This document shows positions 1 to 13,029 of a stretch of DNA of 64,000 bases, piece after piece (within the stretch, counting starts at the first letter, position 1; every line of letters begins with the position of its first letter). The stretch is taken from assembly GCF_032444005.1 (NCBI RefSeq), contig NC_091289.1, forward strand, positions 13,454,001 through 13,518,000, read 5' to 3'. The translations under genes and the position numbers were made by a program. The notes under the pieces were generated by a model. It searched no databases, was not told the DNA's origin, and was given only the letters and a program-made list of their open reading frames with translations. The DNA is from Ranitomeya imitator. Lineage: Eukaryota.

Positions 1-292
1 CTGATGGGGGGGGGGGGGGGGGGGGCAGGACAGGAGTTAACCCCTGCAGGACTGAATGGGGTTGCAGGACAGGAATTAACCCCTGCAGGACTGATGGGGG
101 GGGGGGGCAGGACAGGAGTTAACCCCTGCAGGACTGTACGGGGAGGAAGGACAGGAGTTAACCCCTGCAGGACTGTACGGGGAGGAAGGACAGGAGTTGA
201 CCCCTGCAGGACTGCATGGGGTGCCAGGACAGGAGTTAACCCCTGCAGGACTGATGGGGGAGCAGGACAGGAGTTAACCCCTGCAGGCCTGC
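1..292. repeat. G-rich tandem repeat, ~39-bp period, core GCAGGACAGGAGTTAACCCCTGCAGGACTG, separated by G runs (truncated at window edge)
   Basis: About 7 visible copies; explains the repetitive ORF 4..351. Confidence 0.85.
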
Positions 293-556
293 GCTGTGTA
301 CCCCTTTCTATAGAGGATTGTGGCGGTAATATCTCCAATACTGGATATTAATCCTTGAAGGGTTTCGGACCGTACCACCAGTAGGGGGGATGGGGGTAAT
401 ACTGGACGCAGCATTGGTCGGATAGATAGTTGGAGCTTCCGATAGACTCCCGATTAATCGCTGCGTTCATTGATGGCGGCCGCTCACATCTCCCGGGCGG
501 TCTCCGCTTTGGGGGCTTCTGGGTGCTGGTATGGGGGTCCCTCCGCTCCCGGGGTC

Positions 557-1052
<496 letters not shown>

Positions 1053-1300
1053 CTGCGGGAGCTCTGCCCTCCGCCACAGCCAGCGCCGCACTGACGCCAA
1101 GCCCCGCCCACTCCGGCCTAGTGTACAGCGCTGAAGATTCTGATTGGCTAGTATCTGAGCGCTCCCTCCTCAATGGACACTCAGTCATCCTCGATTTGCA
1201 TGGACACGCCCCCCGAGTCTCCGCGTTCTGTTGTCTGATGGAACGTTCCAATAAAGAAACATCGAGCGCGGATCTGAGCGATCTGATTGGTGGAAAAGAT
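1053..1300 (-). promoter_or_regulatory. CpG-rich H2A promoter with CCAAT boxes and GC box
   Basis: ATTGG at 1143-1147 and 1286-1290, CCAAT at 1248-1252, GCCCCGCCC (Sp1) at 1101-1109; CpG-dense from ~430 to 1250; no clear TATA box. Confidence 0.65.
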
Positions 1301-1641
1301 TCTAAACGATGTTGTTAACTGCTTAGGCTAAAAAAAAATGTCTGCCCGTGGCTAATTATTGGTAACCAAGTGTCGTTACATCTATAGCTCTTCCTCCATG
1401 ATTAACCCTTTAATTATGAATGCAACAACCACTAGAACCCATCAGAAATGACATTCAATGAAAAGCTGTAATCAGGGTCCCCCATGGAGTGAATAAAGGT
1501 GATGGGCAGGGGTGGGGGACATCAAAAGCAGAGAGGGCCCTTAATTTCCAATATTTTACCATATTTGTCCCTGATCTTACCAGGCCGAGAACAGTCCTGA
1601 TCCTGACAGTGAGATGGAAAACCTTCCCAGACTAAAAATCA

Positions 1642-2873
1642 GTGACGTCATAGCTGCTCAGGTGATATCACAGCTGCTCAGGTGATGTCACAGCTGCTCA
1701 GGTGATGTCACAACTGCTCAGGTGATGTCACAGCTGCTCAGGTGATGTCACAGCTGCTCAGGTGATATCACAACTGCTCAGGTGAAGTCACAACTGCTCA
1801 GGTGATATCACAACTGCTCAGGTGAAGTCATAGCTGCTCAGGTGATATCACAACTGCTCAGGTGATGTCATAGCTGCTCAGGTGATGTCACAGCTGCTCA
1901 GGTGATGTCACAGCTACTCAGGTGATGTCACAACTGCTCAGGTGATGTCACAGCTGCTCAGGTGATGTCACAGCTGCTCAGGTGATATCACAACTGCTCA
2001 GGTGATGTCACAGCTGCTCAGGTGATGTCAGAGCTGCTCAGGTGATGTCACAGCTGCTCAGGTGATGTCACAGCTGCTCAGGTGATGTCACAGCTGCTCA
2101 GGTGATGTCACAGCTGCTCAGGTGATGTCACAGCTGCTCAGGTGATATCACAACTGCTCAGGTGATGTCACAGCTGCTCAGGTGCTGTCACAGCTGCTCA
2201 GGTGATGTCACAGCTGCTCAGGTGATATCACAACTGCTCAGGTGATGTCATAGCTGCTCAGGTGATATTACAACTGCTCAGGTGATGTCATAGCTGCTCA
2301 GGTGAAGTCATAGCTGCTCAGGTGATATCACTGCTCAGGTGATGTCACAGCTGCTCAGGTGATGTCACAGCTGCTCAGGTGATGTCACAACTGCTCAGGT
2401 GATGTCACAGCTGCTCAGGTGATGTCACAGCTGCTCAGGTGATGTCACAGCTGCTCAGGTGATGTCACAGCTGCTCAGGTGATGTCACAACTGCTCAGGT
2501 GAAGTCATAGCTGCTCAGGTGATATCACAACTGCTCAGGTGATGTCACAGCTGCTCAGGTGATGTCATAGCTGCTCAGGTGATATCACAACTGCTCAGGT
2601 GATGTCACAGCTGCTCAGGTGATGTCATAGCTGCTCAGGTGATGTCATAGCTGCTCAGGTGATATCACAACTGCTCAGGTGATGTCACAGCTGCTCAGGT
2701 GATGTCATAGCTGCTCAGGTGATATCACAACTGCTCAGGTGATGTCACAGCTGCTCAGGTGATGTCACAACTGCTCAGGTGATGTCACAGCTGCTCAGGT
2801 GATATCACAACTGCTCAGGTGATGTCATAGCTGCTCAGGTGATATCACAACTGCTCAGGTGATGTCACAGCTG
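1642..2873. repeat. 20-bp minisatellite CAGGTGATGTCACAGCTGCT, ~61 copies
   Basis: Directly visible 20-nt periodicity with few variant positions. Confidence 0.97.
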
Positions 2874-3581
2874 ATTTGATGGGTGGCAGCCATAGACCTA
2901 ATTTTGGGGTCCCTCGAAAACAAACCTTAGATCTAATATAAAGGAATACTTAGTTTTGGGGGGCCCAGACTGCCCTGATCAGGGGCCCCTTTACAACCAT
3001 TGTTTTTACACAGAAGGTCAGGTCTTTGCTCCTCATCAGATGTGAAAACTGATGAATGCTGGGTTAAGGGGGTGTAGAGAATTTACAATTAAAGGGGCAT
3101 AGTACATCCTTAGTATTATAAATTATTTGCATCATGTTAATTACAGGCCAATCAGTAGAGAGGAGATCCCACAATGCAGTGCGGTATACCACTAAATGAT
3201 CTTTTTATGCTGCAGCCCCTGTAATCATGAGTGGTCCAGTGGGCGGGTACAAACCAACCTCAGTGCCCGCCCTGAACTCGCTAACCCGACCCCTCCCATC
3301 CAACCACCAAGAGCGCTGTATAAAGATCCTTATTAGCGGTAGGGTGCAGGGAATGGACAGGTAGGAACCCAATTAGGAGGCACATAATGTGCAGGCAGCA
3401 GATGACCGGTTCCCTTTAAATTGACCACAGAGGGCGGAGTCTGTCTTCAGCCAATCCCAATTATCCAGCTGAATGTTCAGTCCCTTTTTGGACTCTTCTC
3501 TCGCCCTCCGCATGTACTGTGTATGTGGAGAATATCTAATGATCACCACAGATCCGGCTCATAGCAACTAAACTCAAGATA

Positions 3582-3610
3582 TTTATTTTATCAAAACATT
3601 TTTATTTATT
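3582..3610 (-). terminator. Candidate polyadenylation signals (AATAAA x3) for HMCES
   Basis: TTTATT on + at 3582-3587, 3601-3606 and 3605-3610, about 620-650 nt downstream of the HMCES stop. Confidence 0.5.
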
Positions 3611-4230
3611 AAACCATTTAATTCAACTGTTGACACTTTATTATTTCCTCACGAGACCAATATAAGATCAGAAATAAAAATTCTGTGTCTTTTCTACCAG
3701 AATTTTTGGGGCCAAAAAAAATATTGATCCCTGACATGCCTGTAGACTATTATGAGCATCCAAAAAAGCTTAAATAAAACCTTCCATCATGAGAAGAATA
3801 TGACCAAAATGATATTTAGTCACGGGTATACACACATCAAGTATCAAAGACTGAAAACTATGTGTACATCCGACTGGAAAGGACATGAGGGCGGAGCATG
3901 TGCAGTGTGCTCTGCACCAATCAGCATTATTGAGAACAATTCCTGTGCTGCTGATTGGTTGAGAGCAGCTGACCATTTTCTACCCACAACACTCCGCTGG
4001 TGTCCTTTCCAGCTGGATACAGGCACCGTGCACAGTCTCATTAGTGCCGCCGTCTACAAGGAGAAAATTTAATTATTGTAATTAATTCCGTCTCAGAACC
4101 AACAATGTAGAAAGTGGAGCAAAAACATGGACAGAACCTCAATAACAAAGTGTATAAAACAACGAGTAAACAAGGCAATGCTGCGACGGTGCAGTCTGGA
4201 TGTGCTGGGGTTTGTAGTGCCCAGACTACG

Positions 4231-4950
4231 CTATTTCCTCGGCCTCTTAGGTGACGGCTCCCCTTCTTTCTTCAGCCACTGATGCATTAACCCTGCACTT
4301 GTCTTCTTGGGTGAAAAAGCGAGCTGAGAAAGTTTAGCCGGCGGTTTAACCCCTTCTGGTTCCTCTTTCTTCGGAGACTTATTTTGTAGCCACGCCAACA
4401 TGTTCTTACTGCTGGCGCTCAGAGCAGGCTCCTGGAAGAATATACAGGTAGGGATATTAATGTAGAGCAGACAGGAAAAGGATTCTCCAGCATCCTGCAC
4501 TGGATCCTGTCTTTTTTTTTTTTTTTTTTACCATCGCCACCAAATTTGCACTCCAATGTGGCCTCCATAGAGGACTTTCATTATTACTATATACTACAGA
4601 AGATCGTGCAAACAATCACAGGTTTAAGTCTCCTAGGAGAGCGAACATTTTTAAAAGTATTATAAAAAAATATATATATATAAAAAAAATAATCTCCTTT
4701 TCCTAACTAAAAGTTAAAAAAAAACAAGGATATTTGGTATTACCATGGCTGCAAAAGATGTAAACCTACAAAGTAAACTAATAAATGTCTAAAAAAAAAA
4801 TAAAAAAAATAAAATTGAACAGTCGCTTCACCTCCACCCTTCACAAAAGGTAATAGAAGTGAATATAATAAATCATAAAATATTCAGTTTTATTTCCCCT
4901 TTATTCTTGTGGGGGGGGGGTTTGGGGGGAGCGACTGTTCAAATGAAAGG

Positions 4951-5009
<59 letters not shown>

Positions 5010-7776
5010 CACACATTACATGCACATATATAAATTTTTCTTACTTTTTTTCTTACAGACATGGTAGCGCCAAGTATCCTTGCTTTTCTTATTTATATGA
5101 AACCTACATTCCGCAAATCAGACAAATAAAAATAAAAAAGCCCTCACGCTGCATATCGCAATGGCATTTTTCTTCTCAGTCTACACCGACCCCTATCCCT
5201 GTTGGGAAGGGGATGAGCCCCATTTTGCAGACTTGCCTTTTTCTTCTGCAGGATGATGGGAGTGATGCATTCAGGGCTGTTGTTCCGAGAGTTGTTCACG
5301 ATGGTGGACACCGGGTGGTAGGTGATGTTTTCGATGGGCTGTATAAGTTTCAGCGCTTCCTTGGCAGGAACCTCTCCAAAGTCCAGCCATTTTTGGATCT
5401 CCTCATCACCGTCCAGAATCGCCGGCATCCTGTCAGGCGAGAGAGGACAAAGATGACTTAATAACAGGAGCAGAATTGTGTCCGAGGGAAGCCGTCCCAT
5501 CGGCTTCTGGCCATCACACGGGGTCTCGGCCGGGATCTGTAGACGTCACGGCAGCACTCATCTCCTGCGAGGCCAACAAACCCTTTAAAGTTCATATAAG
5601 ATCGTTCTGCGCTGACTTCTGTAGTGTAAGTAAACGTGAAATAAGAATAATCTCAGTCTAGAAAAGGAAAATAGAAGTGGCGGCGCTGACTGACAGCCGG
5701 TGTGTGCAGGAAGAGACACTTTCCGCTTCGCCAGCTCTGAGTCAATAAGAAACCAGTCAGCAGAGGCGCGATACAGAGCGATCAGAGGTCGGCACTTTCA
5801 CTAGTTACACTATCACAAACTACATGACCTGAAGACGAACTGATGGGGGAACGGAGGACACAGGGTTAAGGGGGTTTAAGCATGAGGCTGATCAGCCGTC
5901 ATATCAGCCCTGTGCCTGGAAATACAAAAGAACTACACAGGTCACGCCAGCAGATCATGCAACTTTTCTGTGACTTGCTTTAAAGTCTACGCGGGCAGTC
6001 GACTTGCTTTAAAGTCTACGTGGGCAGTCGACTTGCTTTAAAGTCTACGTGGGCAGTCGACTTGCTTTAAAGTCTATGTCGGAAGTTGCAACCAGAAACG
6101 CAACAGTGTTGAATTATTTTTTTGCAGTGGTCGCATCATAGTCCATCTCTGCAATGGATGATCATTACATGCCACACTGCAATGCGGCACAGCAATCTTT
6201 ATGCTTAGAAAGAAAACCCAAAATCTTGATTTTGTGGGATCTGCAGAATGAGCCTCCTTTAATGTAAAGAATGAGAAGGTTCCAGTCTTCCACCGTCAGT
6301 AAAAAAAAAAACAAGCAAACAAAAAAATGCCCACATGTGTACAGTCACCTGTCCGCTGAAATCAATGGGAGACACAGAAGGGGGGAGACACAGGAGGTGC
6401 CACAGATAAGGGAGGCTTTTACTTACCGGTCATGAATCCAGTTCATACTTTTGGAGGAGTCCACTGTGATAATAGTGTAAGAATAAAGAGGGTCTCTGCC
6501 TCCTGCAGGGGGGTCCCAGCAGTCAAACAGTCCGGCCATTGTGAGCAGCCTCTGACCCCCTCCATCGGGACCGTCCTTAGTGTCTTCATACTGGAGAGAA
6601 ATAATACAAAATCCAATAGAGATTTACGTATAATCCCCAGAACGTAAACAGCGTTCAGATTAATGACAGCAAGCAGAGATCCTGCAGGCAGGGAGTTGTA
6701 TTTTATGATATTAATATTAGCTTTTCTTTGCTGGCACCTGTTCAGATTTGACCTGCGGAAAATATATAAAATACGGCTGCTTCTCCCCGTCCTGTCGTCT
6801 CCACTCATAGAATCCGTCCGCCAGAACCACACATCTCCGGCCTTTAAAAAACGGCCCCTGGGGGAAAGAAGAGGCCATATCTTTAGGAGGCAGAGCTGAC
6901 ACCCCAATCACCCTGTGGGTGGTCTCAGGAATCACACTCGCCTTGTACAGAGTCTTCTCGCACATGGTGTCGCTGCGGCAGTTGTTGGTGCTATATTGCA
7001 TTTTCGATGGGTCGGATTCGGTGAACCAGGAGGGGATAAGACCCCAGCGCATGGCGGCGAGGACTCGCTCTGAAGAGTCAGCATCCTGGCAGCAGAAAAG
7101 AGAAGGCTTGGAAGGGTTTCGAGGATCGTAGTTTTCAAGATCTCTGCTTGCTGTCAGCACCCATTCTGGTCATTGGTGTTACAGGGCACGTCATACAGGA
7201 GGCCCGTAAATGGTGCAAAAAAAAAAAAAAAAAAAGTTTCCATTCACTGACCACAAGCAGAGATCTTATAAACTGCAGGAATATGAACAATATATATGAT
7301 ATATTTGCAAAACCAAAACCATTTGCAGACTGGTTTATTTCTTTTTTTTTTATTGTAGATGCACTGAAACAATCAAATGTGCAAAATGCAAGAATTTGGG
7401 GGGTTTGAGGGAAGATTAAGTAGCCGGAGTCCACCTGATAAGATGATTGCGGGTGGTCCTGCTGCCCCTTCAGGGGTCAGAGAAAAGCAATGGGGTCATG
7501 ATGCCCCAATCTACGCATTGATGGGGGTCCTACATTAAATATGATCGTGCCCCCTCCTGACCTCTGCAGACCCCCAGCTGTAGTTACCTTCTGAAAATGC
7601 TTCATGGACAGGAGGACGGGGCTGTTGGACTGGGGGCTTTTATTGTACGAGGGGCGGTAATTCTCGGCGTCGCCGTCCCTCCATTGCGGACGCTTTCTTT
7701 GGCCTCGTTTGTCTTTGTATTCGCAGGCTTTACTGACGGCCTCCGGGCCCAGCGTGCAGGCTGTGCGGCCACACAT
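4231..7776 (-). CDS. HMCES: Abasic site processing protein HMCES (SRAP domain), 336 aa
   Basis: Exons (minus): 7776-7588, 7085-6942, 6857-6738, 6590-6427, 5429-5237, 4431-4231; frame is conserved. N-terminal MCGRTAC (catalytic Cys2), [39 protein letters not shown] and C-terminal [12 protein letters not shown]-like motif. 5'-UTR acceptor at 7790. Introns after 6942 and 5237 start with GC. Confidence 0.95.
4966..5014. repeat. (TA)n(CA)n microsatellite in HMCES last intron
   Basis: Visible dinucleotide run. Confidence 0.9.
5972..6085. repeat. 29-bp tandem repeat GACTTGCTTTAAAGTCTACGTGGGCAGTC, ~4 copies
   Basis: Visible periodicity in an HMCES intron. Confidence 0.85.
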
Positions 7777-8670
7777 CTCGGGTTCGGTTCTGAAAAAGAG
7801 ACATTACAGGGGCTCGCCACCATTGAGGACAATTATTAATGGAGGCATAGTTTTTGATTTTTGCACCGCTCATCTTCTACAGCCTGTGAGTTGCTTTTGT
7901 GTACTGCTGGCTGCAGAATGAGTAAACTGTGAATCCCTCAGCGAGCTCACACTGGCGCAGCAATCAGAACACTTGTTCCACCTTTATCTGTCTTTTTCTG
8001 AGCTCCTCTCAGCTGTTTTATGATCAAACACCACAAAGTCGAATGTGCAGAGAAACAGAGATCCTATGATTGAAAAACAGGGCAAAAAAAGTCTAAAAAG
8101 AAACGATCCAAAACTTCTGCAACTTTCTGGCATAAAATGTTTGTTTTTTCAGTTCGGCGCCGTCTTCAGCGCCTCTGCTTGCTGACAGTAGTGTGGTCAT
8201 TCTTATACAAGTGCAGATCCGTCAGCCCTCGCAGCTGAGGGTTTGTTACAATTGCATCCAGTATTTAAAATCTTCTGGGAGCCGACTGATACATTGTAAC
8301 AAACTATCAGCACAGAAAAGAGACGCGTTCTCACAGGGGATTAGACGCAACGGTGACGAACCTCCAGCTGTGAAATACATCAGTGGAGTAAATGAAAAAG
8401 CCACTGACAGCAAACAGGGATCCTGAAAACGGACGCGGAAACATATCAGCGAGAGGCAGCGCGGAATATATATATATATATATATATTAAAGGTGCAGAC
8501 AAATTGTCAGAAAACAAAATGTACTTTTTTTTTTTTTTTTGTAAATGGCGCCAAAATAAAAATAAATAAAAGTGAAAAGCTGCTACTTTCAGTTTAAGTC
8601 TAAAACCTCCTGGGAGCGATGTGAAACCCACAAGAGCTGCTGTACGGAGGTTACAGGGCGCCCGGAGTTA

Positions 8671-9215
8671 CATGCTGGGACTTGTGGTTCCAAGCACATT
8701 AGAAGAAAAATAAAACTGTATGACATGTCATGCAGTGGTCAGGAAACTACAACTCCCAGCATGCCCTGGCGGCCACAAGCTATAAAGGCATGCTGGGAAT
8801 TGTAGTTTCCTGACAAATAAAGCAGCAGGGCAACGCTGTGAGGAAAATGTGCAGGTTACATCATTACTGACCGGTAATAAGCAGATACTGGACACCGGGA
8901 CCAAGCACACAACCACCGGGACAACGGGCGGGAGTGTGAGGACTGCGGGCAGGAGGAGGAGCAGCCGCTTACATAACTGGTCACCTGACCGACCGCCGGT
9001 CACCTGACCTACAGCGGAGGGGCGTGGCCACAGAATGACTGACAGCTCGCACACCGCTAGCAGTATGCTTTCCGGCTGTCGTGATTCTTTGTCTTACCAA
9101 TGCTGGGACTTCTAGTTCCATACTAGAATGTCTATCATAGAAGCTGCAATGTTGTCTCTCATAGGCTGCTGCATACCTGCAACTACTCTCATCATGGCAG
9201 GATGGGAGCTGTAGT
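8671..9215. promoter_or_regulatory. Probable HMCES promoter / non-coding exon 1 region with clustered ZNF143/THAP11-type motifs
   Basis: ACTACAACTCCCAGCATGC at 8746-8764, inverted GCATGCTGGGAATTGTAGT at 8788-8806, weaker copies at ~8671, ~9099 and ~9201. GC-rich 8900-9070 with GGGGCGTGGC box and donor-like CAG|GTGACC sites (~8985, ~9003) on the minus strand. Confidence 0.55.
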
Positions 9216-9562
9216 CTCACAACTGTTGGAAGGTTTTCATGATAGTCGTAGCGGTGCGGCTGTACAGGAGTCTGCACCCCAATAACAAGGACACCTTTGT
9301 GGTAGAGATCTGATGTCCCAGTCATAAGGAGTCATGCAGAAGTTCTATGCAAATCAGGCAGGAAGTGCACTGGGGGTGTGTCAAGAGAGGCAGATCAGGT
9401 GCAGTGACACACCCCCGGTGCACTTCCTGCCTGATTTGCATAAAAGTTCACTAAATTGTATTGGTCTGTGCATAAGATGCATCGTATACAAACCGTCCAT
9501 AATATGGAAATAATCTGCGCCTGACTGCCGGATGTGTCTTATGCATCCAACCGCAGCCGGGG

Positions 9563-10650
9563 CGCCGCTGATCTTTTCCTCATCCCTTCCAGGTGCCGCT
9601 GATCTCATCCCTTCCAGGTGCGGCTGATCTTTTCCTCATCCCTTCCAGGTGCCGCTGATCTCATCCCTTCCAGGTGCGGCTGATCTTTTCCTCATCCCTT
9701 CCAGGTGCCGCTGATCTCATCCCTTCCAGGTGCGGCTGATCTTTTCCTCATCCCTTCCAGGCGCCGCTGATCTTTTCCTCATCCCTTCCAGGCGCCGCTG
9801 ATCTTTTCCTCATCCCTTCCAGGGGCGGCTGATCTTTTCCTCATCCCTTCCAGGCGCCGCTGATCTTCTCCTCATCCCTTCCAGGTGCCGCTGATCTTCT
9901 CCTCATCCCTTCCAGGTGCCGCTGATTTCCTCATCCCTTCCAGGCACCACTGATCTCCTCATCCCTTCCAGGTGCCACTGATCTTTTCCTCATCCCTTCC
10001 AGGTGCCGCTGATCTTCTCCTCATCCCTTCCAGGTGCCGCTGATCTTCTCATCCCTTCCAGGCGCCGCTGATCTCCTCATCCCTTCCAGGCACCGCTGAT
10101 CTTCTCATCCCTTCCAGGCGTCGCTGATCTTTTCCTCATCCCTTCCAGGCGCCGCCGATCTTTTCCTCATCCCATCCAGTTGCCGCCAATCTTTTCCTCA
10201 TCCCTTCCAGGCACAACTGATCTCCTCATCCCTTCCAGGTGCGGCTGATCTTCTCATCCCTTCCAGGCGCCGCTGATCTTTTCCTCATCCCTTCCAGGCG
10301 CCGCTGATCTTTTCCTCATCCCTACCAGGCGCCGCTGATCTTTTCCTCATCCCTACCAGGCGCCGCTGATCTTTTCCTCATCCCTACCAGGCGCCGCTGA
10401 TCTTTTCCTCATCCCTTCCAGGCGCCGCTGATCTTTTCCTCATCCCTTCCAGGTGCGGCTGATCTTTTCCTCATCCGTACCAGGCGCCGCTGATCTTTTC
10501 CTCATCCCTTCCAGGCGCCGCTGATCTTTTCCTCATCCCTACCAGGCGCCGCTGATCTTTTCCTCATCCCTTCCAGGTGCGGCTGATCTTTTCCTCATCC
10601 CTTCCAGGCGCCGCTGATCTTTTCCTCATCCCTACCAGGCGCCGCTGATA
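9563..10650. repeat. Minisatellite, 25-31-bp unit CTCATCCCTTCCAGGCGCCGCTGATCTTTTC, ~35-40 copies
   Basis: Visible periodicity with indel variants. Confidence 0.95.
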
Positions 10651-11865
10651 TTCCCCCCTGCCCCCCCCCCCCCCCCCCCAGGGTGCTATAAACTACATAA
10701 TGGATTGTGATGTAACCAGAAATGTATCTTGTGCCTCATCAAAAAACATAAGTTACTGTCCTGTCTGTCCCTCATGCTTTACCCTGCATCTCAACTTGGT
10801 TGCAGTGTAAAAGTTTGCAACTTAGCTCTGCTCCAATAGCAGAGGACTCTTCCTTCTAGGGAAGAGATAATTTGCTGTGCATTTTTTCCATGGACCATTG
10901 CCTGTGACTATGCAGGATGCGGGACTCTGCAGGTCTCGGCCCACCATCTAATGTGTGTGGGGGGCTCCCGACTCTGCTCACAGATCATGTGGGAATTTCA
11001 ATGTTTAATCCTTTCCTTCTTGCAGAGGCGATCTCGCCTCTACCCATGGAACGCACAAAACATTGCAAAAATCTTGTGCGTGAATGTTCTCTAGTCCGCC
11101 CCCAGTGATCTTATGTACATCTGGAATTTTTTTTTCATCAGTTCTATGACGTTTTAGCTTACAAAAGGGTTAAAGGTAAAAAATAAACCGCATTTTTAAT
11201 TTTGCACACAATTCATGAACCAAATGCTTTATTCTGAAGATCACCCCACAATGTGTGAACGCAGCCTAAGGCATGGAATTAGGTATTAGAAGCTATGAGC
11301 AATAACGTCAAGGGAAATATACATATATTTGTGCAATAACAGTGAAAGCATAATGCTGTATAAAGGGGGGAGTTCTGCAGATTGTCTTATTAAAGGAGAC
11401 ACCCATAGACCGCCGTTCAGGAGCGAAGGCCTGCACCCCCTCCTCCAGCTGTCACCCCTCCAGGCCTTGGTGCAGTGACAAAGTGTTAATAAGCCCCATA
11501 ATCTTCCCTGCACCCCAAGTACAGCTTGTAATGACGCAGGCGGCAGATCGGATTCATTATTTTATTGTGGGGTCTCACATACATAAAGAAAAACCTTAGA
11601 GCGCGTACAGAATACAGGGGCGGCCATTCTCCGGAGGGCCGGGCGTTTCTCCATAGGATCCCAGATTTCCACATGGCTCCCAGCACTTTATCATTGGAGA
11701 ATGTAATGTAGCAGATGAGACTCCTGGAAACGCAGGGCTGGGGTGGCGCCTCGTCATACTGGGTGCAGGGGGATTAATGTGGACCCTTCGATTTGGCTAT
11801 TAGGCTCCTGTAGTGTGAGCGGAGGATCCCTCCGTTCTTCCTCCTAGATGTGCTTGGAGGGATGA

Positions 11866-12312
11866 GGTGTATCACCTCCTGTCGGAGTAATCTATGCTGG
11901 AGTGACGAGGTGTATCGCCTCTGCTCGGAGTAATCTATGCAGGAGGGACGAGGTGTATCGCCTCTGCTCGGAGTAATCTATGCTGGAGTGACGAGGTGTA
12001 TCGCCTCTGCTCGGAGTAATCTATGCAGGAGGGACGAGGTGTATCGCCTCTGCTCGGAGTAATCTATGCTGGAGTGACGAGGTGTATCGCCTCTGCTCGG
12101 AGTAATCTATGCTGGAGTGACGAGGTGTATCGCCTCTGCTCGGAGTAATCTATGCAGGAGTGACGAGGTGTATCGCCTCTGCTCGGAGTAATCTATGCTG
12201 GAGTGACGAGGTGTATCGCCTCTGCTCGGAGTAATCTATGCTGGAGTGACGAGGTGTATCGCCTCTGCTCGGAGTAATCTATGCAGGAATCATCTCTGCT
12301 CGGAGTAATCTA
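11866..12312. repeat. 43-bp minisatellite GACGAGGTGTATCGCCTCTGCTCGGAGTAATCTATGCTGGAGT, ~10 copies
   Basis: Visible periodicity. Confidence 0.95.
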
Positions 12313-12469
12313 TGGCTTTCACCACGAAAGCTAAATCCCATTTCATTGTATTATATATCACCTGTATACAGGATAGAGGATAATGTACAGTATGATCACT
12401 GAGAGTCTGAACACTAGGACCCCCACTGTCCACGGTTTCGGTATTGAGCATGTACGACCACTGCTTCAA

Positions 12470-12690
12470 CCACCGTCTATAGGAGTGGTGGTCGCACATG
12501 CTCAGTAACGCACCAGTCACCGTCTCTAGGAGTGGTGGTTGTACACTCTCTGTACCGCTCCAGTCTCTAGGAGTGGTGGTCGTACACTCTCCCGACCGCT
12601 CCAGTTACAGTCTATAGTACTGCACCAGTCACCGTCTATAGGAGTGGTGGCCGTACACACTCAGTACCGCACCATCTCTAGGATTGGTGG
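12470..12690. repeat. Degenerate tandem repeat with core TCT(A/C)TAGGAGTGGTGGTCGTACAC, ~5 copies
   Basis: Core recurs at ~12476, 12525, 12565, 12635 and 12677. Confidence 0.6.
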
Positions 12691-13023
12691 TCACACAACC
12701 CCGTAAAAGATCCCTAGCCTTTCTCTTATTTTATTTACAGGTGGAATACCACTTTAAAGACATATAAGAGTGCATGCTATATGTAGCGATATGCGAGCGC
12801 AATCTGTATTCCCCAGGATATTCCTTATGGCGTCAATAAAACATACGAATACTGGGCTGATTGTAAAAGAAGAAGTATGCCGCAACCTTTGAGATTAGGA
12901 ACGTCACAAATAATCTTCTACACGCGTTTTGCGCTCCTTCTGCAGCCAGGTTTTGGTCGCTGACTGCAAATATCCAGACCCAGGCAAATGGTGAAAGCAG
13001 AATAAAGTAACGCTGGGGCGACA

Positions 13024-13029
13024 TTTATT
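13024..13029 (-). terminator. Candidate COPG1 polyadenylation signal AATAAA
   Basis: TTTATT on + about 425 nt downstream of the COPG1 stop. Confidence 0.55.
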
